From: Octopus bimaculoides
Taxonomy: Eukaryota
Length of the DNA: 64,000 nucleotides
NCBI RefSeq assembly: GCF_001194135.2
Contig: NC_068992.1
Location: 64,130,528-64,194,527, forward strand
Reading direction: 5' to 3'
The notes below the pieces were generated by a model. The model had not been told where the DNA came from. It did not search any database and worked only from the letters and a program-made list of their open reading frames with translations. Positions 34,170-48,582 of the stretch are shown one piece after another (the first letter of the stretch is position 1; every line of letters begins with the position of its first letter). Position numbers and translations under genes: made by a program.

Positions 34170-35260
34170 TATTCAGTACATTTTAGTCTGCTGGGTGGGT
34201 TTTGCATGTAACCAGTCCGACCTGCTGGGTGGGTTTTGGAAATGTTTACTAATTCCTTTCCGCAAGGAGAAAAGACTAAAGAAGAGGGAAATGGAAGATT
34301 TTCTGCCAGAAATAGATATAAAGTAGTTGATAGCAGCCATAATGTGAGGCAGAGGACATGAGAAGAGCATCTGAGACGAAGAATTAAACATAGCTGTCAG
34401 TTGTAGCGATGGACGAGAGAAAACCGACTTGCCATATACACCTAAGAGCTTTTTGCCCCAAAGCTTTCCTCAAAATGTCCCGATGTCTACCATTAGTGTG
34501 CGATTGGAACTGTACATTAGATGCACGGCGGGACTGTGTGGTGCTAACGCATAGGAAAAGCAGATGTAAAAGCTTTCAGAGACTGGATCGCGCCTGTTTG
34601 ATGGTCAAAGTCAACGGCCACCTCTTGGAACCGTTTTATACTGCAGCTTGATCTAACATGACTGTAATCTCTTGCATTTCTGTACATGCTGACTCCGTTT
34701 TTTCTTCCCATTTTTTTTTTTTTTTGCACGTCGTGTCCTTGACTGAGTCACAGTCCTACATGAAACCAAGACCGAGAATAGTGACGGGTTTTAGAGTGTC
34801 GTCAGGTGTTCATACCTTGCAACACATTGGAAAACAGGATCGACGGATGTTCCACTGTAGCAATTGATAGAGGAATAGTAACGGAAATGAGAGACAATAT
34901 TCTCAGGGAAAATCTTGATATCAACAAAGACAAATAGGCGAATCTGTTCTGGAGGACTTTCGAATTGGAGACTTCTATGAATAACTTCCAGAATTTCTTG
35001 GCCTGGTATTGCTACCGAGGGGCTTCACTGGTTCGTCATAAACGATAAACGCACAGAAGTGCTATCAGACGAGCCTTTCCGAGATGTTCACAGAGCGACA
35101 AAACTGTTCTATTCGCACTCGTTCAGTGTTTGGGCACTGCGGACTTGTGGAGCTATGACGAACAGCTGTCGTCGCATGTGGGGCTGATCCGACTATCAAC
35201 CGAGTTCATGAGGTTGATTACTCCACTGCCCTCCTGTAATTGAAGAAGGAAGGCAGTGTT
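34170..35260 (-). pseudogene. Highly decayed LINE ORF2 fragment
   Basis: Scattered frameshifted motifs (FFNYRRA, KKFWKLF, DIGTF..KLW); no open frame. Confidence 0.4.
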
Positions 35261-36489
35261 GTGTGATGGACGGTTGAAAGGTCTGAGGATAGAGACTTCC
35301 CTCATGGTGGAAAGATTCTTCGTCATCCACCTTCAAAAGTTTCATTTGAATCGTTAGCACGCAGGGCAAGATGCTTAGCGGTATTTCATCACTCTATTTG
35401 TTCTGAGCTCAAATTCCACCGAGGTCGGCTTTGTCTTTCATCCTTTCGGGATCGATAAAATAAGTACCACTTGTACCCTGGGGTCGATGTAAACGACTTA
35501 CACTCACCTCCGGAATTGTTGGCCTTGTGTCAAAATTTGAAATCAGTGTGAAGATTAATATTTCTTATAAGCTCACGGTCGGTCGTGACTGGCCATGCAC
35601 CTACACAAGTATGGAGAGGCTAGGATAAGATGATTTTGAGACAGACTGGCAGTTGTCTATACATTCGAGTTTCCCCTTTCTGCATCACTGATGATTATCA
35701 AAGGGAATAGTCGATGCTTTAGGGTTGATACAGCTTGACATCAGTGTCGTAACAGTATTAGAATGCAAAGGACCAGAACAAGCACTGTAAGGCATCTCAC
35801 CCCGCCCTCTAACAGTTCCACTAATCCCGTGCCCCGGGTTGGTACCCCTGAAAGAATAAATGACCAAATTGACCTCTGCGGGATTTGAACTCATATAATG
35901 AAGATTCAAAACAAACCTACAAAGCATCTCACTCGATCCTCTAACAGTTCCACCAACTCAAGTCATGGGTTGGCCCTTTATTTTTATCAACCCTTAAAAG
36001 ACAAAAAGTGAAGGTGAATTCAGCAGGATTCGAAACCAGATTACAGGAAGTTGTAATAAATATTCTTTTCTACTCTAGGTACAAGGCCCGAAATTTGGGA
36101 GGGGGCAGTCGATTAGATCTACCCCAGTACGCAACTGGTACTTAATTTATCGACCCTGAAAGGATGAAAGGCAAAGTCGACGTCGGTGGAATTTGAACTG
36201 AGAACGTAAAGACAGACGAAATACCACTAAGAATTTCGCCCGGTGTGCTAATAATTCTGCCAGCTCACCACCCTAGTTGGAATAAATATTGTGAGGTATT
36301 CTATCCAACATTCTATTGGCTCTGCCAATTTACTGATTTTAAAGCAAGGATTAGAAGCTTTATAGAAGCTGGGAATTGCAGGATACCTATGAAAAAAAAA
36401 ACCAGTTTTAGATATCCTGGACTTAATCATAGGAGACAGCCTAGTGTTGTCGAAACATGCCTCCGCCATTTGTAATGAAGTTGAACTGA

Positions 36490-36640
36490 AGCTAGGAGCA
36501 CGACGAAAAGTTGCAGATAAACTCTTTAATGAAGGACAAGCCATCGTTTACAAAGTACAAATTCGAAGCACTCTGAAACCTGTCTGTACTGGTTGAATGC
36601 TTCGCGGAGTTTACTCAACAAACCAACCGAAGTCCTTAGG
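36490..36640 (+). pseudogene. Decayed LINE RT C-terminal fragment
   Basis: LGARRKVADKL..IVYKVQIRSTL resembles the CR1/L2-type LYKAQIRSxLEY motif. Confidence 0.4.
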
Positions 36641-37403
36641 ACGATTGCAGTCAACAGAGTTGAAGGAGTGGAATAAAAAAGATTCGCTTTCAACAGCTTA
36701 CAATATGACAGGAGTTTGCTAGCTACGTGCTAAAGCCTCCTCTGTTTCAACATGTGAGAGAGTGAGTGTGAGTGTGAGTGTTTTACCGTGTACGTATATA
36801 TATGTATGTATGTATATGTTGAGGCGGACACCCCCAGGCGAGAAGTGGACTGGTCCACTACTAATAAATAGTGGACTGACACAGTCAGTAGGTCGGCAAA
36901 GGTACGCCGTTCGGACCAGTCCCGTAGAGACGACAAAATACATCGTCATCATGGGACATATCAGTGAAGATATATGTATGTAAGTGTAGCTATGCATAAA
37001 ACAGTCAAACATTAATTGAAAGATCACTCAATACAACTAAGTAGAGTATCACGTTTATTTCTACTAGGAAAAGATTGACAGTAACTTTCACCGGTCACCG
37101 CTTTGTCAGATTGTAATATTTTTATCTTTCAAGTCTTTTATATATATCATTTTGTGGGTGTGGCTTAGTGGTAGCAGTGTATTTGTATATTTGTGGTTAA
37201 AAAAAGAGATGCATTTTTTATTTCCTGGATTTGTTGTGTGTCATGTTTTTGAGAAGACTAATCCATCATCTCTATTAAGTCCTCTTGAAACAAATAAAGA
37301 TCTGGTAAGTAGTGCTGATAATATGTATAGGTCAACGATATCACTGACTCTGCGAAATCCTTTGATCTCATGCATCAAGTGTTTTGGTAGATATATGCGT
37401 GTG

Positions 37404-37434
<31 letters not shown>

Positions 37435-37498
37435 CGATTGTATGTATGTATGCTTGTATGTATGTACATGTAATTTATTAAAACGGTGGTAAAATACT

Positions 37499-37849
37499 TT
37501 AAAAGTATGCACAAAGAATCAATAGAGCCGCCGTCGTTAGAATAAATGTTATAATATGAGCGAACATAAATGTCCTGTCCAGGAACAGAGCAAAGAGCTT
37601 CCATTTGTTTCCAACGGTACTTTCCTTGTAACCGTCGTGTGTAGTGAGATATTGTAGAAATAATTCCAGGGTTTCAATCAGGCCGTCGTGTTCTTTCGTG
37701 TTTGGTTTGTCGTTTTTCTCAATGTTTGATATTCCGTCGTCGTTGTAGTCATCACAGCATTCGCCATCACTGACGAATGAGCTATTGTGGTAAGCTAAAC
37801 CTTCGATTCCTTTACGTCTGTGACAGGAACTTTCTTTCTTGGGGTTAAA
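37499..37849 (-). CDS. Channel exon 7 (cytoplasmic loop, M4, stop)
   Basis: ttctcaag| FNPKKESS...[35 protein letters not shown]; AATAAA 20 nt after the stop (37479-37474). Confidence 0.9.
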   Translation of the reverse strand, partial: FNPKKESSCHRRKGIEGLAYHNSSFVSDGECCDDYNDDGISNIEKNDKPNTKEHDGLIETLELFLQYLTTHDGYKESTVGNKWKLFALFLDRTFMFAHIITFILTTAALLILCAYF

Positions 37850-38431
37850 CTTGAGAAAAAGAAATAAAAATATAGATGAATAGAAGTGAATCAAAATTTA
37901 TTCAATTTCAATGAAATTTATGTAAGAAAAACTTTTATTTTGAATTAATAATATTTTCGTTTTCACTGAGAGGTATATTAAGTAATGGTCTCCTTTGTAT
38001 TCTAGCCAATCACCCAGATCAACCTAATCCTTGTCAGTTAAATTGGGTGGACGGAAACTTATGTAAAAGCCGGTTAGATGGAGTGGAAATGAGATAGCGG
38101 TGACATTGATTCTATGGTGAAGTTCCAGAGGAGTGAGATGTGATCATTTTCAATCACTGGAGGTGGTTTGTGTTCCCACTAGTTTTTATGATGGGGCAGG
38201 TCCAGGTTTTTACAAATTACCCACTGAATATACTGTGCTGCTCTATCATGCCTGTTGCTCTATCATACCCTGTAAGCACAAGAAGACTGCACATGGAGAC
38301 AACGTGATCAATGGCTTCATTTTGTTGTTTACATACATGACATGTTGTGCTACTGCCGTTCTTTAATATGAGAAGTATTAATGCTAGACAAAAGAGGAGT
38401 GGTGATAGAGAGTCACCCTGGAAAAAAAAAA

Positions 38432-38473
<42 letters not shown>

Positions 38474-38489
38474 TAATATTATTATTACT

Positions 38490-38545
<56 letters not shown>

Positions 38546-39705
38546 TATTATTATTATTATTATTATTAAGGCGGCGAGCTGGCAGAAACGTTAGCACGCT
38601 TGGAGAAATGCTTAGCGGTATTTCGTCTGCCGTTATGTTCTGAGTTCAAATTCCGCCGAGGTCGGCTTTGTCTTTCATCCTTTCGGGTTTGATAAATTAA
38701 ATACCAGTTACGCACTGGGGTCGATGTAATCGACTTAATCCCTTTGTCTGTCCTTGTTTGTCCCCTCTATGTTTAGCCCCTTGTGGGCAATAAAGAAATA
38801 AAATCGTTAGCATGCTGGACGAAATGCTTAACGGTATTTTGCCCGTCGATCCGCTACTGGACAAGAATTCTGGATTATTTGTTATATTTACTTTACACGA
38901 TTACGATCTTACGTTCACTTTCAACTCTTTCTCAGTTATCTCCCTTTAGGCTGTTTTCAATATTTTTATTTCCGCTTCTCTATTATTAATTTTACTCACC
39001 TCTCTATCTTAGAAGAAACTGATGGATAAAGAAATCAAACTACATAAACAAACAACAGTAAAACCGTTCAGAAATTAAATACCACTAACATATTTTTATA
39101 ATATATATTATACCTACATATTAACGCTTTACAGTATACTTACATATATACCTATATCTATACATCGATCTAAAACAACAGGAATACTAAAGGAAGTTCG
39201 GAATTTAAGAGAAGAGAAAACCCATAAGATCTTATGCTATTCATTTAAAAATTCCTGAGTAGACCTTATTATTATTACATCCACCTTTAAAACTATTTTG
39301 AATGGTGAATTTGTTAACTTTGGCTTGTATTAGATAAGTATGAACTATTTGTTACTGTTATTAAATTTCCTACAGCCACCTTCACATTTCATGACTACCA
39401 TTGGGATCGATCAGGTACCGGACAAGGATTCTGGAATATTTTTACAGTTTTTTTTACTTAATTTTTTTTGAGTGGTCGGGTTCACTTTTAGTATTCTCGT
39501 ATGTGAGAGCAGTCGAGTTTATTTCAGATATTCTCATTTTAAAAATCATCTCTGGCTAATCGTTGAGAGGATGTTGGTGTTGCTTTGGCAGAGGTTGGCG
39601 CTCTCTGAGTGCTCTTGTTATTATCATTTTAGCCCGGTTACAGCTATATTTCTTCTGAGGTTACATCTCTTATGGATTTGCTGTGTTAAAATCACAATAA
39701 ATTTC

Positions 39706-39743
<38 letters not shown>

Positions 39744-42700
39744 CAGCGGTTGGCAGTGAGAGCGCCAAATGCATTTAGACCTTTTAGGGCTTTTCTAATG
39801 GTGCTTACTCACAGTCTCGTCGCTCCTGATAAATGAAAAAGTGACTAAATCATTTACTGATGTTGCAAATAACAATCCGGCTTATTAATAATGCAGTATA
39901 CGCAATTGAAGCAGTATTTAATTAAAATAGCCGTCTATGTATCATACTTAATGTATACACGCTGTTCTTAGACCAGTTATTGCAATATTTGTCCTGAGCT
40001 AACATCTTCGATGGACTTACTGTTTTAAAAACGCAATAAATGTTTGAGAAATTCGTACTTGCAACGGTCAGTGATTGTGCCAGATGCATTTCAACCTTTT
40101 AAGCCTTTCCAATGGTGCGCACTGGCAGCCAGCCACTTGCTTGGGGGAGAATTTAGTGTCTCTGGTACATAGACGGCTATTTCAATAAAATATTGCCTCA
40201 GTTGCGTATACCGGATTTTTATTCAGCCGGACGGCTTTTCGCAACATTGCTGACGGTCAAAAAGGCCAAAATGTATGTGACACTCTCGCTGGACATTACT
40301 GGGACAAATTTCCACCTCCCTCTGATATTTATTGTGTCTTTAACACAGCAAGTCCATAAAAGATGTGTTCTCTATACAAATACTGCAATATCTGTCCTAT
40401 TGACAAGAGAAAGAGAAAAACATACAACACCGAATTTAAGACGTGTTTTATATGTACTGTGCGTGTATATGCGTGCACGCGCGCATATCTATATGTAAAA
40501 TAAAGTTCTAATTCATTCAGGTGTAAGAACTGATGTATCAATTTTGTTGTGTGTGTGTGTGTATGTGTGCGCGTGTGTATTTGCACACATACACACACGC
40601 ACGCACACATATGTCAGACGATCAGCAATTTTCTCGACGCTAAATTATTTACTTTAATGTTATAATTCCTAAACCAAAGGAACTGGAAATTACCTGGCTC
40701 ACCCTTGATGAATGGGTCCTTGTAATTTCGGCCAAAGTTTCAGGTGTATTCTTCGTAACTGTTTTTGGACCAATCATGTTTCCAAGCCAGCTTTGTTGTA
40801 ATTTCTCCATCCAAGCAGGGAAAGTCGTTCCCATGCTACTTTTATAATGAATATTGACCGTTATTACAGCCATCACACACGATAGGGAGACCAACATCAT
40901 ACAACTGGCGAAATAGATACCTAGAACAAAGATAAGTAAACAATTGTTATAAAAAGACAACTCGTTTGAAAGGACTCTAATACAACAGAATAGAAAGGAA
41001 TACAGCAGAATATGATAGAAGCTATTATAAAATAGACTAGAATATGACATAAAGATAGAATGGTCTATAATAGTGGAGAAGAATACAAATACTACAGAAT
41101 AAAATAATATGAACCAATAACTGATTTCCAAAGGTGGACACCGTTAATCGAAAAGTCAACTTCGTTAGCTGTTGGCTGTTAGTCTGTTAACCAAAAAGTT
41201 AACTTCCATCACTGTTAATCAGTTAATTCTTTAAAAATGTAACGGAAGTTATTGATAAACCGTTAACGTTAATTTTTATTACAGAAAAAAAAATCAGTTT
41301 TGCTCTAAACCACCTAAAAACACCTTTAAAAAGTGCCAAAGCTATAAATTCCATTAACTTCAATTGCTGATTTCTATGTAGTTGTTCATTATTTTAGAAT
41401 TAGCTGCCCAACATTTCTCAAAGAGCTTCATGCTGACTTAAATAAAGAAGGAAATATAGCGACCTCATAAAGAGGACAGTTTCGTTACATGATAGTTACA
41501 CAGTTTATCACGTATTTTCTTTTAGCCTACCAAGTATTGTTCTTTTTTTTTTTGCTTAGTATGGCAGAATAGCAAAACCAATTAGCATCATAATCAAGTG
41601 TGTTATTTTCTAACCTGGGCACCAAACCGTTAATCCGTTAAGCGTTAATTAACGAAGTTGACATTTTCGTTAACGATTTAACTCTTTAGTTAACTTTGGA
41701 AGTCATTATCGGACTAATTAACTTCCGTTTCATTTAACTTCTGTTAACTCAAGTCAACTTGAGTTAATTTCCGTTAACTTCAATTGAATTGTTAATGAAT
41801 TTTTGTAGTTTTGGCACATTTTAAAGGTGTTTTTTTTTGGTGGTTTTAGAACAGAAACTGATGTTTTGTTTTTTTCTATAATAGAAATTACTGTTAACGG
41901 TTTATCGATAACTTCCGTTACATTTTTAACGAATTAACTGATTAACGGTTATCGAAGTTAACTTTTTGTTAACAGTTTAATGTTTAACAAAGTTAACTTT
42001 TCGATTAACGGTGCCCACCTTAGGTTATTTAAACCAATTATAAAGTTTACTCAATCAAAAATTTTAGCCAATTAGAGACTTAGAATGTGAGCCATGTTCT
42101 AGCGATTCAAGACAACATTGCTTTATTTTCTTTTTGTTGTCACCGACAGCTTATAGGCATGATGTCACGTTTTACCTTGCTCACTACACTTAGCTCTTGC
42201 ACCTAGTTAGATTCGTCCCTGACTTGGTCTACACAGAATGACTTCCACCATTTTAAAATCACGCACGTTATGAAATTATTTTCTTAACCTTTGGTAAAGT
42301 ATCTGCTTGATTACATTAGATGTTACAATACATTATTCCATTCATTTTGTAAAAGAAAAAACATACGTATGTACATATTCATGACAAAGTTATCCAACAT
42401 ATATTACAAGAATTTGTAATATATGAAAATACATGTATACAGTTTTCGATAACGTTTACTACAACGCGTTATTCAGTTCACCGCCTTAGAACATTTGAAA
42501 TATTGAAAAGAAAATGAGAATGAATAGTGCAGCAGCTGGATGCTATCATTCAGTGTTACTCAACCATGAAGGGGGTCGTGCACCACCCGTTTTCATCAAA
42601 TACAAGCTCAAACTGGTAAAGTCACGATTCTCTACTAAATTTGTTAACTAAATCTGTTGCTTAAATCGTTTTATTCGATACCAAAGACAATGGTGGTCTT

Positions 42701-45700
42701 CTCAATGAGCATTCCACAATAATACCTTCTCAATGGAGTCTTCCACAATACTATACTCCTCAATGATGCTTTCTACATTGAGGGAATTCAAACAATTACA
42801 CCTTACACAATGACACCCTTCAAAATAATGCTCTCCACAGTGATGTTTTTCACAGTGGTGCACTCTATAATGGGTCATCTACAGTAATGCCCTCTACAAC
42901 AGTGTCACCACCCCGGTGCCTTCCACAATGGTGTATTTCTCAGTGGTGTCCTCCACAATGGATAACCCACAACAGTGTCTTTCACAATTAATTTTCTTCC
43001 ATGGTGCTTCACACAACGACGTCCTCCATAAAGGGGTCCTCAATTTGATGATCTTCACAACGATGTCTTTTACAACAGTACCATGTCATTAAGAATTAAA
43101 AAATTAAAAAAACAACAATATCCTGTTACTGTTAAACTTGTTGTATCCCTACTGAAAGATTCTGACTGTGTGTGGTGTGTAAAGGATCGCCTCACTCTAA
43201 CGAGTTTCGTTCGTTTATAAGCTACTGATTACGACCAACAAGTAATTGTTGGCATGAAGAATAGAATGCGTGAATGAATGAAATGGAATGACTTATCTGA
43301 GAATCGTGCTTGCATTATAGAATTAGATCACCGAGCACTTACACTACTGTACGAAGAATAAATACTAGTCAAAACGAAAAAGAGAACACGAGAAGCAACA
43401 CACCCAAAATACACCTACCTATATAAGGAATCTCGTCTGAATTGGCTGGAAGTGTTTGGTTGACGACTAATAAGAACACTGACAACGAGAGGAGAACTGT
43501 TACACCTATGGAAACTTTCTCTCCGGAACTCGGTGGTAATAGGAAACCCAGGAGAGATATACTACTAATTAAAAGACAGGGAAATATGAAGCTAAGGATG
43601 TGGAAAAATGGTTTCCGTTCGAGTGAAATAACATATATTAGCTCACTGCTCACACCACTGGCGTGTTTCACCTCATTTCTGATTGCTTTAAGACGGACGA
43701 GAGCCCACTCTGAGTTCTGTACGTAATTCGATGTGTCTCCAGTTGTTGATGCTGGATAAAGGTCCAGTTCATTAACAAGGTATGCCCACGATGAAAAAGT
43801 CATATTGCAGAACTGTTTGTCGAAAGGGAAATTCTTGGTCTGTAGCATACAGGAGCTTTTGACGACCGATGGGAAACGGTAATACATAGTTCCATTGGAA
43901 GATATTCTAACATTGTAATATTCCAGGATCCCTTTCAGAACATAATCCACACTGAAATACATAAAATAAAAAAATAAAAAAATTATTTACGTAAGAATAG
44001 CATCTCAGGTGTACTGAAATGCTGTGTGACATACACATATATCTACATCTTCATCTAACAATGAGGGTGTAGTAACGCCTTGTCTCGTGCGCATGCGTAG
44101 TCATCAATATCCAAGTTTGGCGCCCTGATTCTTTCTCTTTTCTCGCCGGCCGACGACGATGGCAGACGTCCAACAGCGGAGCTCTCGAACATGTCAGCAC
44201 CAGAGCTTCACAAATAACTGCTGCCTATTTTCACCATAAATAAATATTGTTGTGTTGATAGTTCGGAGTCAGCGTTACGTTGTTTATCAGGTCGAGTAGC
44301 CCATCCTGCTCAAAAGGTCCCTGAATAAGGTTTGTTTTAGGATGTTGAGTAAAACACCCATGTTTCCAAAGGTGAATTATTCAAAACCCAAAGAATTCCT
44401 CTCAACACATGGCTATGATGTTCCCCCACTACTTCTGCTCATGATCAGAGATGCACATATCGCCAGCCACCAAGGGACATGCTCAACTGGTTAAGGTCAA
44501 ACAACTGACAAGCAAATCTGTAGTATTAAGCAGAATATTTGCTGTAGCCCATCTTTTATACCAAGACAAAACAATGTACATGAATGAGAACCCAGGTTCG
44601 AAATTTCCCCACGACACCTGATGAAGGCTGGAGGGTATATCAGCCGAAATGTGTTAACAACAAACAAGATGAGGACAAATATCCGTCAAATGTAAATAAT
44701 GTTCACAAAATTTATTTTTGCTGATGCACACCACTATTAAAAGTTACCCACTGAATCTTTTTTTCTCCTTGCATTTTATTTTTTGCTAGGCATGATATTT
44801 GATTTACTTGTTGAGATCGTAAAGACTGTATGTATAATTACAGATGAAGCGTCTTTTCAAGATGATAGGTATTTGGTGATCAAACAAGAATGATTTGGGT
44901 TTATACAGCATCATCATCGTTAAAACAACTGCAACAAAAACTCGCATTAGTAGTAGGAGCTGTCTTTGAATATTAGTAATACTAGAAGCATTGTGTTTTT
45001 AGCAAAGAACTGCTCGGGGTCACCATTTTAGTGAAGGAAGTCGCTAATGAAGATGTCAACACTTTAATGACTGTACTCGGTCATTAATTCAATGACTGTA
45101 TTATACCTCTGGTACGATAAGTGACAACAAACACTTCTATCAGTGCGTGAACAACTTCATATCTAAGGTTTTATTCAGATGTGTAACAAACGAATTCATA
45201 CTGTGAGTACACAATGTTCAATCAGGTTATCTGGAATTGAAGCTTAAGATTATGAACCTCATGTTCCACGATGACAGTGAGAAAATAGGAGGAATTTAAA
45301 GTACAAAAATTATTTTCAGACAGGCACTAGGTGAAGAATACTATTGCGAGTCGTTGGTAGGAAAGAATATCAAATCCTTATACCTGGCTCTCTCTCTCCG
45401 ATGTTGACCTCGCTGCGTCTTAATAAAGAAGAGATCAATTCAATTGGAATTCGCTCTTAAGTAGGCGATATTGCTTCTAACACTCTCCTGTGTGTGGTTT
45501 AGCAGTTACGCCTTGTATGCTAGCAAAGGGTGGTGGGAGCTAAACTCTGTTGCTTGGAATGTTCTAGAACATTCGATAGGGGAGATAACTGTAGTTGACT
45601 CCCAGCTAATATTTTGCCAACGAAAGAACTTGTTTCAAATAGCATTGCCTACATGTTTAACTTTTCAACATTAAGGTTACTCTATCAAATGTAATGTTTA

Positions 45701-48531
45701 TTTATTCACATTGTTTTGATACACTATTTCGTAGTTTCAAGATTTCGATGATATAAATATTTATTTTTGAACGATATTGTATGGTTGGTGTGAGAGGTCG
45801 GATCTGGCCAGTTTGAACACAAAACAGGTAGAATATTTTGGCCAGAAACGACTAGGTTAAATGATAAAGGGTTAAAACAGAGGACTACTTACTTCTCGTA
45901 GAGCGCAATATCAGGAATCCAAACCTCTTTGTTGGACACAAGTATTTGGTCGATTCCTTCAAAATCAGTCTTATTCCAGCTCAGTCTACAATCTCTCCAT
46001 TGCTACAGCAATACAAAAACAAAGTCCCTTTACATTTCTATCACAACTAGAATGGATCTGAACAGCCGTGTTGTGGGAGTGTAGTGTATGAGTTTTGTGT
46101 TATTGTGTCGCTTATCTTTAGACCTTGTATGTGTTATGAGAATTATTGTGTGTGTGTGTTCCCAATTGTGTTGTGAGAGGGTCTTGTGCTGTGTTTTGAG
46201 AGGCATTTGTGCTGTGCTGTAAGAGGGCTTTGTGCTGTGTTGTGCGAGGGATTGTGCTGTGTTGTGCGATGGTCTTGTGTGCTGTGTTGTGAAAGGGTGT
46301 TGTGCTGTGTTGTCAGAGCGTCTTGTGTTGTGTTGTGAGAGGAACTTGTTCTGTGTTTTGAGAGTGACTTGCGCTGTGTTGTGAGAGGGATTTGTGCTGT
46401 GTTGTGAGAGGGTGTTGTGCTGCGTTGTGAGAGGGTGTTGTGCTGTGTTGTGAGAGGGTTTTGCATTGAGTTATCATGATCCTTGTGTTGTGTTGTATGT
46501 CAGCCTTGTTTTGTGTTCTGCGTGAGTCCTAAATTACGTTCTGTGTGGGCTTTGTATTGTGCTGAGTTGTATGTGGGTTGAAGTGGCTAGGGGATTCAGC
46601 TCATCATCGCAAGGTTGTGAGTTCGATTTCCAGCGGCGCGTCGTGCCTTTGAGCAAGACACCTTATTTCACATTACTCCTTTAGTAGAAAGTGGGTTATA
46701 CATCTTTAGATTGTATACCTGACTTTCTACTATAAAATTAAAGAAATTGACGGAACGCTGAACTCCAGACTAAACAACTTAAACAACATTTATTTACTTG
46801 GTAAAACATACAAATCTTTAGTTATACATCTTTAGAGGTGAGAATAACGAGCTGTCGAGTATAAGACCGAAAGATGTAGAGACAGCTTAAACACACGTCC
46901 TTGCTCAATCGCTGGCCAGCGAGAAAGAGAATGAATTGAGCGGGAAACGCTTGCTTGTTTAATTTTACGCATGCGTAAGACTACGCATGCGCAGGCGTTA
47001 CTACACTCCCATCCACTCAGCTGGCAAAAATGAGTTGTACCTGTATTTCAAAGGGCCAACCTTGTTACATTCTGTGTTATGCTGAATCTCCCTGAGAACT
47101 ATGTTAAGGATACACGTATCTGTGGAGTGCTCAGTCACTTGCACATTAATTCCACCAGCAGGCTGTTCCGTTGATCGGATCAACTGAAACACTCTTCGTC
47201 GTAACCGTTGTATGTTGGCCTTGTGTTGTGTGTGAGCTTTGCGCTGCATTATGTGTAGGCCTTGTGTTGCACTGAGTGTGGACTTTGCGCTATGCTGTAT
47301 GTGAGACTTGAACATGAAGCCTGTGTGTGTTTAGGAGGTTTGTTGGACATGATATGGTGTTGTATGTGTGCATGGAAACGTTTCAATTTACAGAGATATG
47401 AAGATTAATGTTTACATACCATTCTTATCCAGATGCTCGTATGAAGGATTTGTAGGCTATCATTCTATGGGTTTTAAGACGAAAAATAGCAATAAAAAAA
47501 GGGAAAAACAACGATTAGAAATAGTTTACTATCTCGGTAATTATCTGATTCTGTCTCATTTTCTTTCCTTCTTTCTTTCTTTCTTTCCTTCTTTCTTTCT
47601 TTCTTTCCTTCTTTCTTTCTTTCATTCATTCATTCTTTGTTTCTCTCTCCTCTCTCTCTCTTTCTCTCTCTCTCTCTCTTTTTCTCACACACACACACAT
47701 ACATACACACACACACGGAGACATGGTTTCGGGTTCAGTCTCACTGCGTGACACCTCAAAGTTAGTGCCTTCCACTATAGTCTTGGGCCAACCAATGACT
47801 TCTGAGTGAATTTGATACACAGAAATTATATAGAAGGCCCTCATTTCCAGGCGCAGGAGTGGCTGTGTGGTAAGTAGCTTGCTTACCAACTACATGGTTC
47901 CGGGTTCAGCTCCACTGCGTGGCACCTTGGGCATGTGTCTTCTACTATATCTTCTACTATAGCCTCGGGCTGACCAAAACCTTGTGAGTGAATTTGGTAG
48001 ACNNNNNNNNNNNNNNNNNNNNNNNNNNNNNNNNNNNNNNNNNNNNNNNNNNNNNNNNNNNNNNNNNNNNNNNNNNNNNNNNNNNNNNNNNNNNNNNNNN
48101 NNNNNNNNNNNNNNNNNNNNNNNNNNNNNNNNNNNNNNNNNNNNNNNNNNNNNNNNNNNNNNNNNNNNNNNNNNNNNNNNNNNNNNNNNNNNNNNNNNNN
48201 NNNNNNNNNNNNNNNNNNNNNNNNNNNNNNNNNNNNNNNNNNNNNNNNNNNNNNNNNNNNNNNNNNNNNNNNNNNNNNNNNNNNNNNNNNNNNNNNNNNN
48301 NNNNNNNNNNNNNNNNNNNNNNNNNNNNNNNNNNNNNNNNNNNNNNNNNNNNNNNNNNNNNNNNNNNNNNNNNNNNNNNNNNNNNNNNNNNNNNNNNNNN
48401 NNNNNNNNNNNNNNNNNNNNNNNNNNNNNNNNNNNNNNNNNNNNNNNNNNNNNNNNNNNNNNNNNNNNNNNNNNNNNNNNNNNNNNNNNNNNNNNNNNNN
48501 NNNNNNNNNNNNNNNNNNNNNNNNNNNNNNN

Positions 48532-48582
<51 letters not shown>

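Noticed and set aside
36425-36470. GACA..TGTC-GAAAC-ATG hammerhead-like half
   Set aside because: CUGANGA core is absent (CATAGGA) and there is no cleavage triplet.
46150-46480. Regularly spaced repeats resembling a CRISPR array
   Set aside because: No unique spacers, eukaryotic intron context and no cas genes: a minisatellite.
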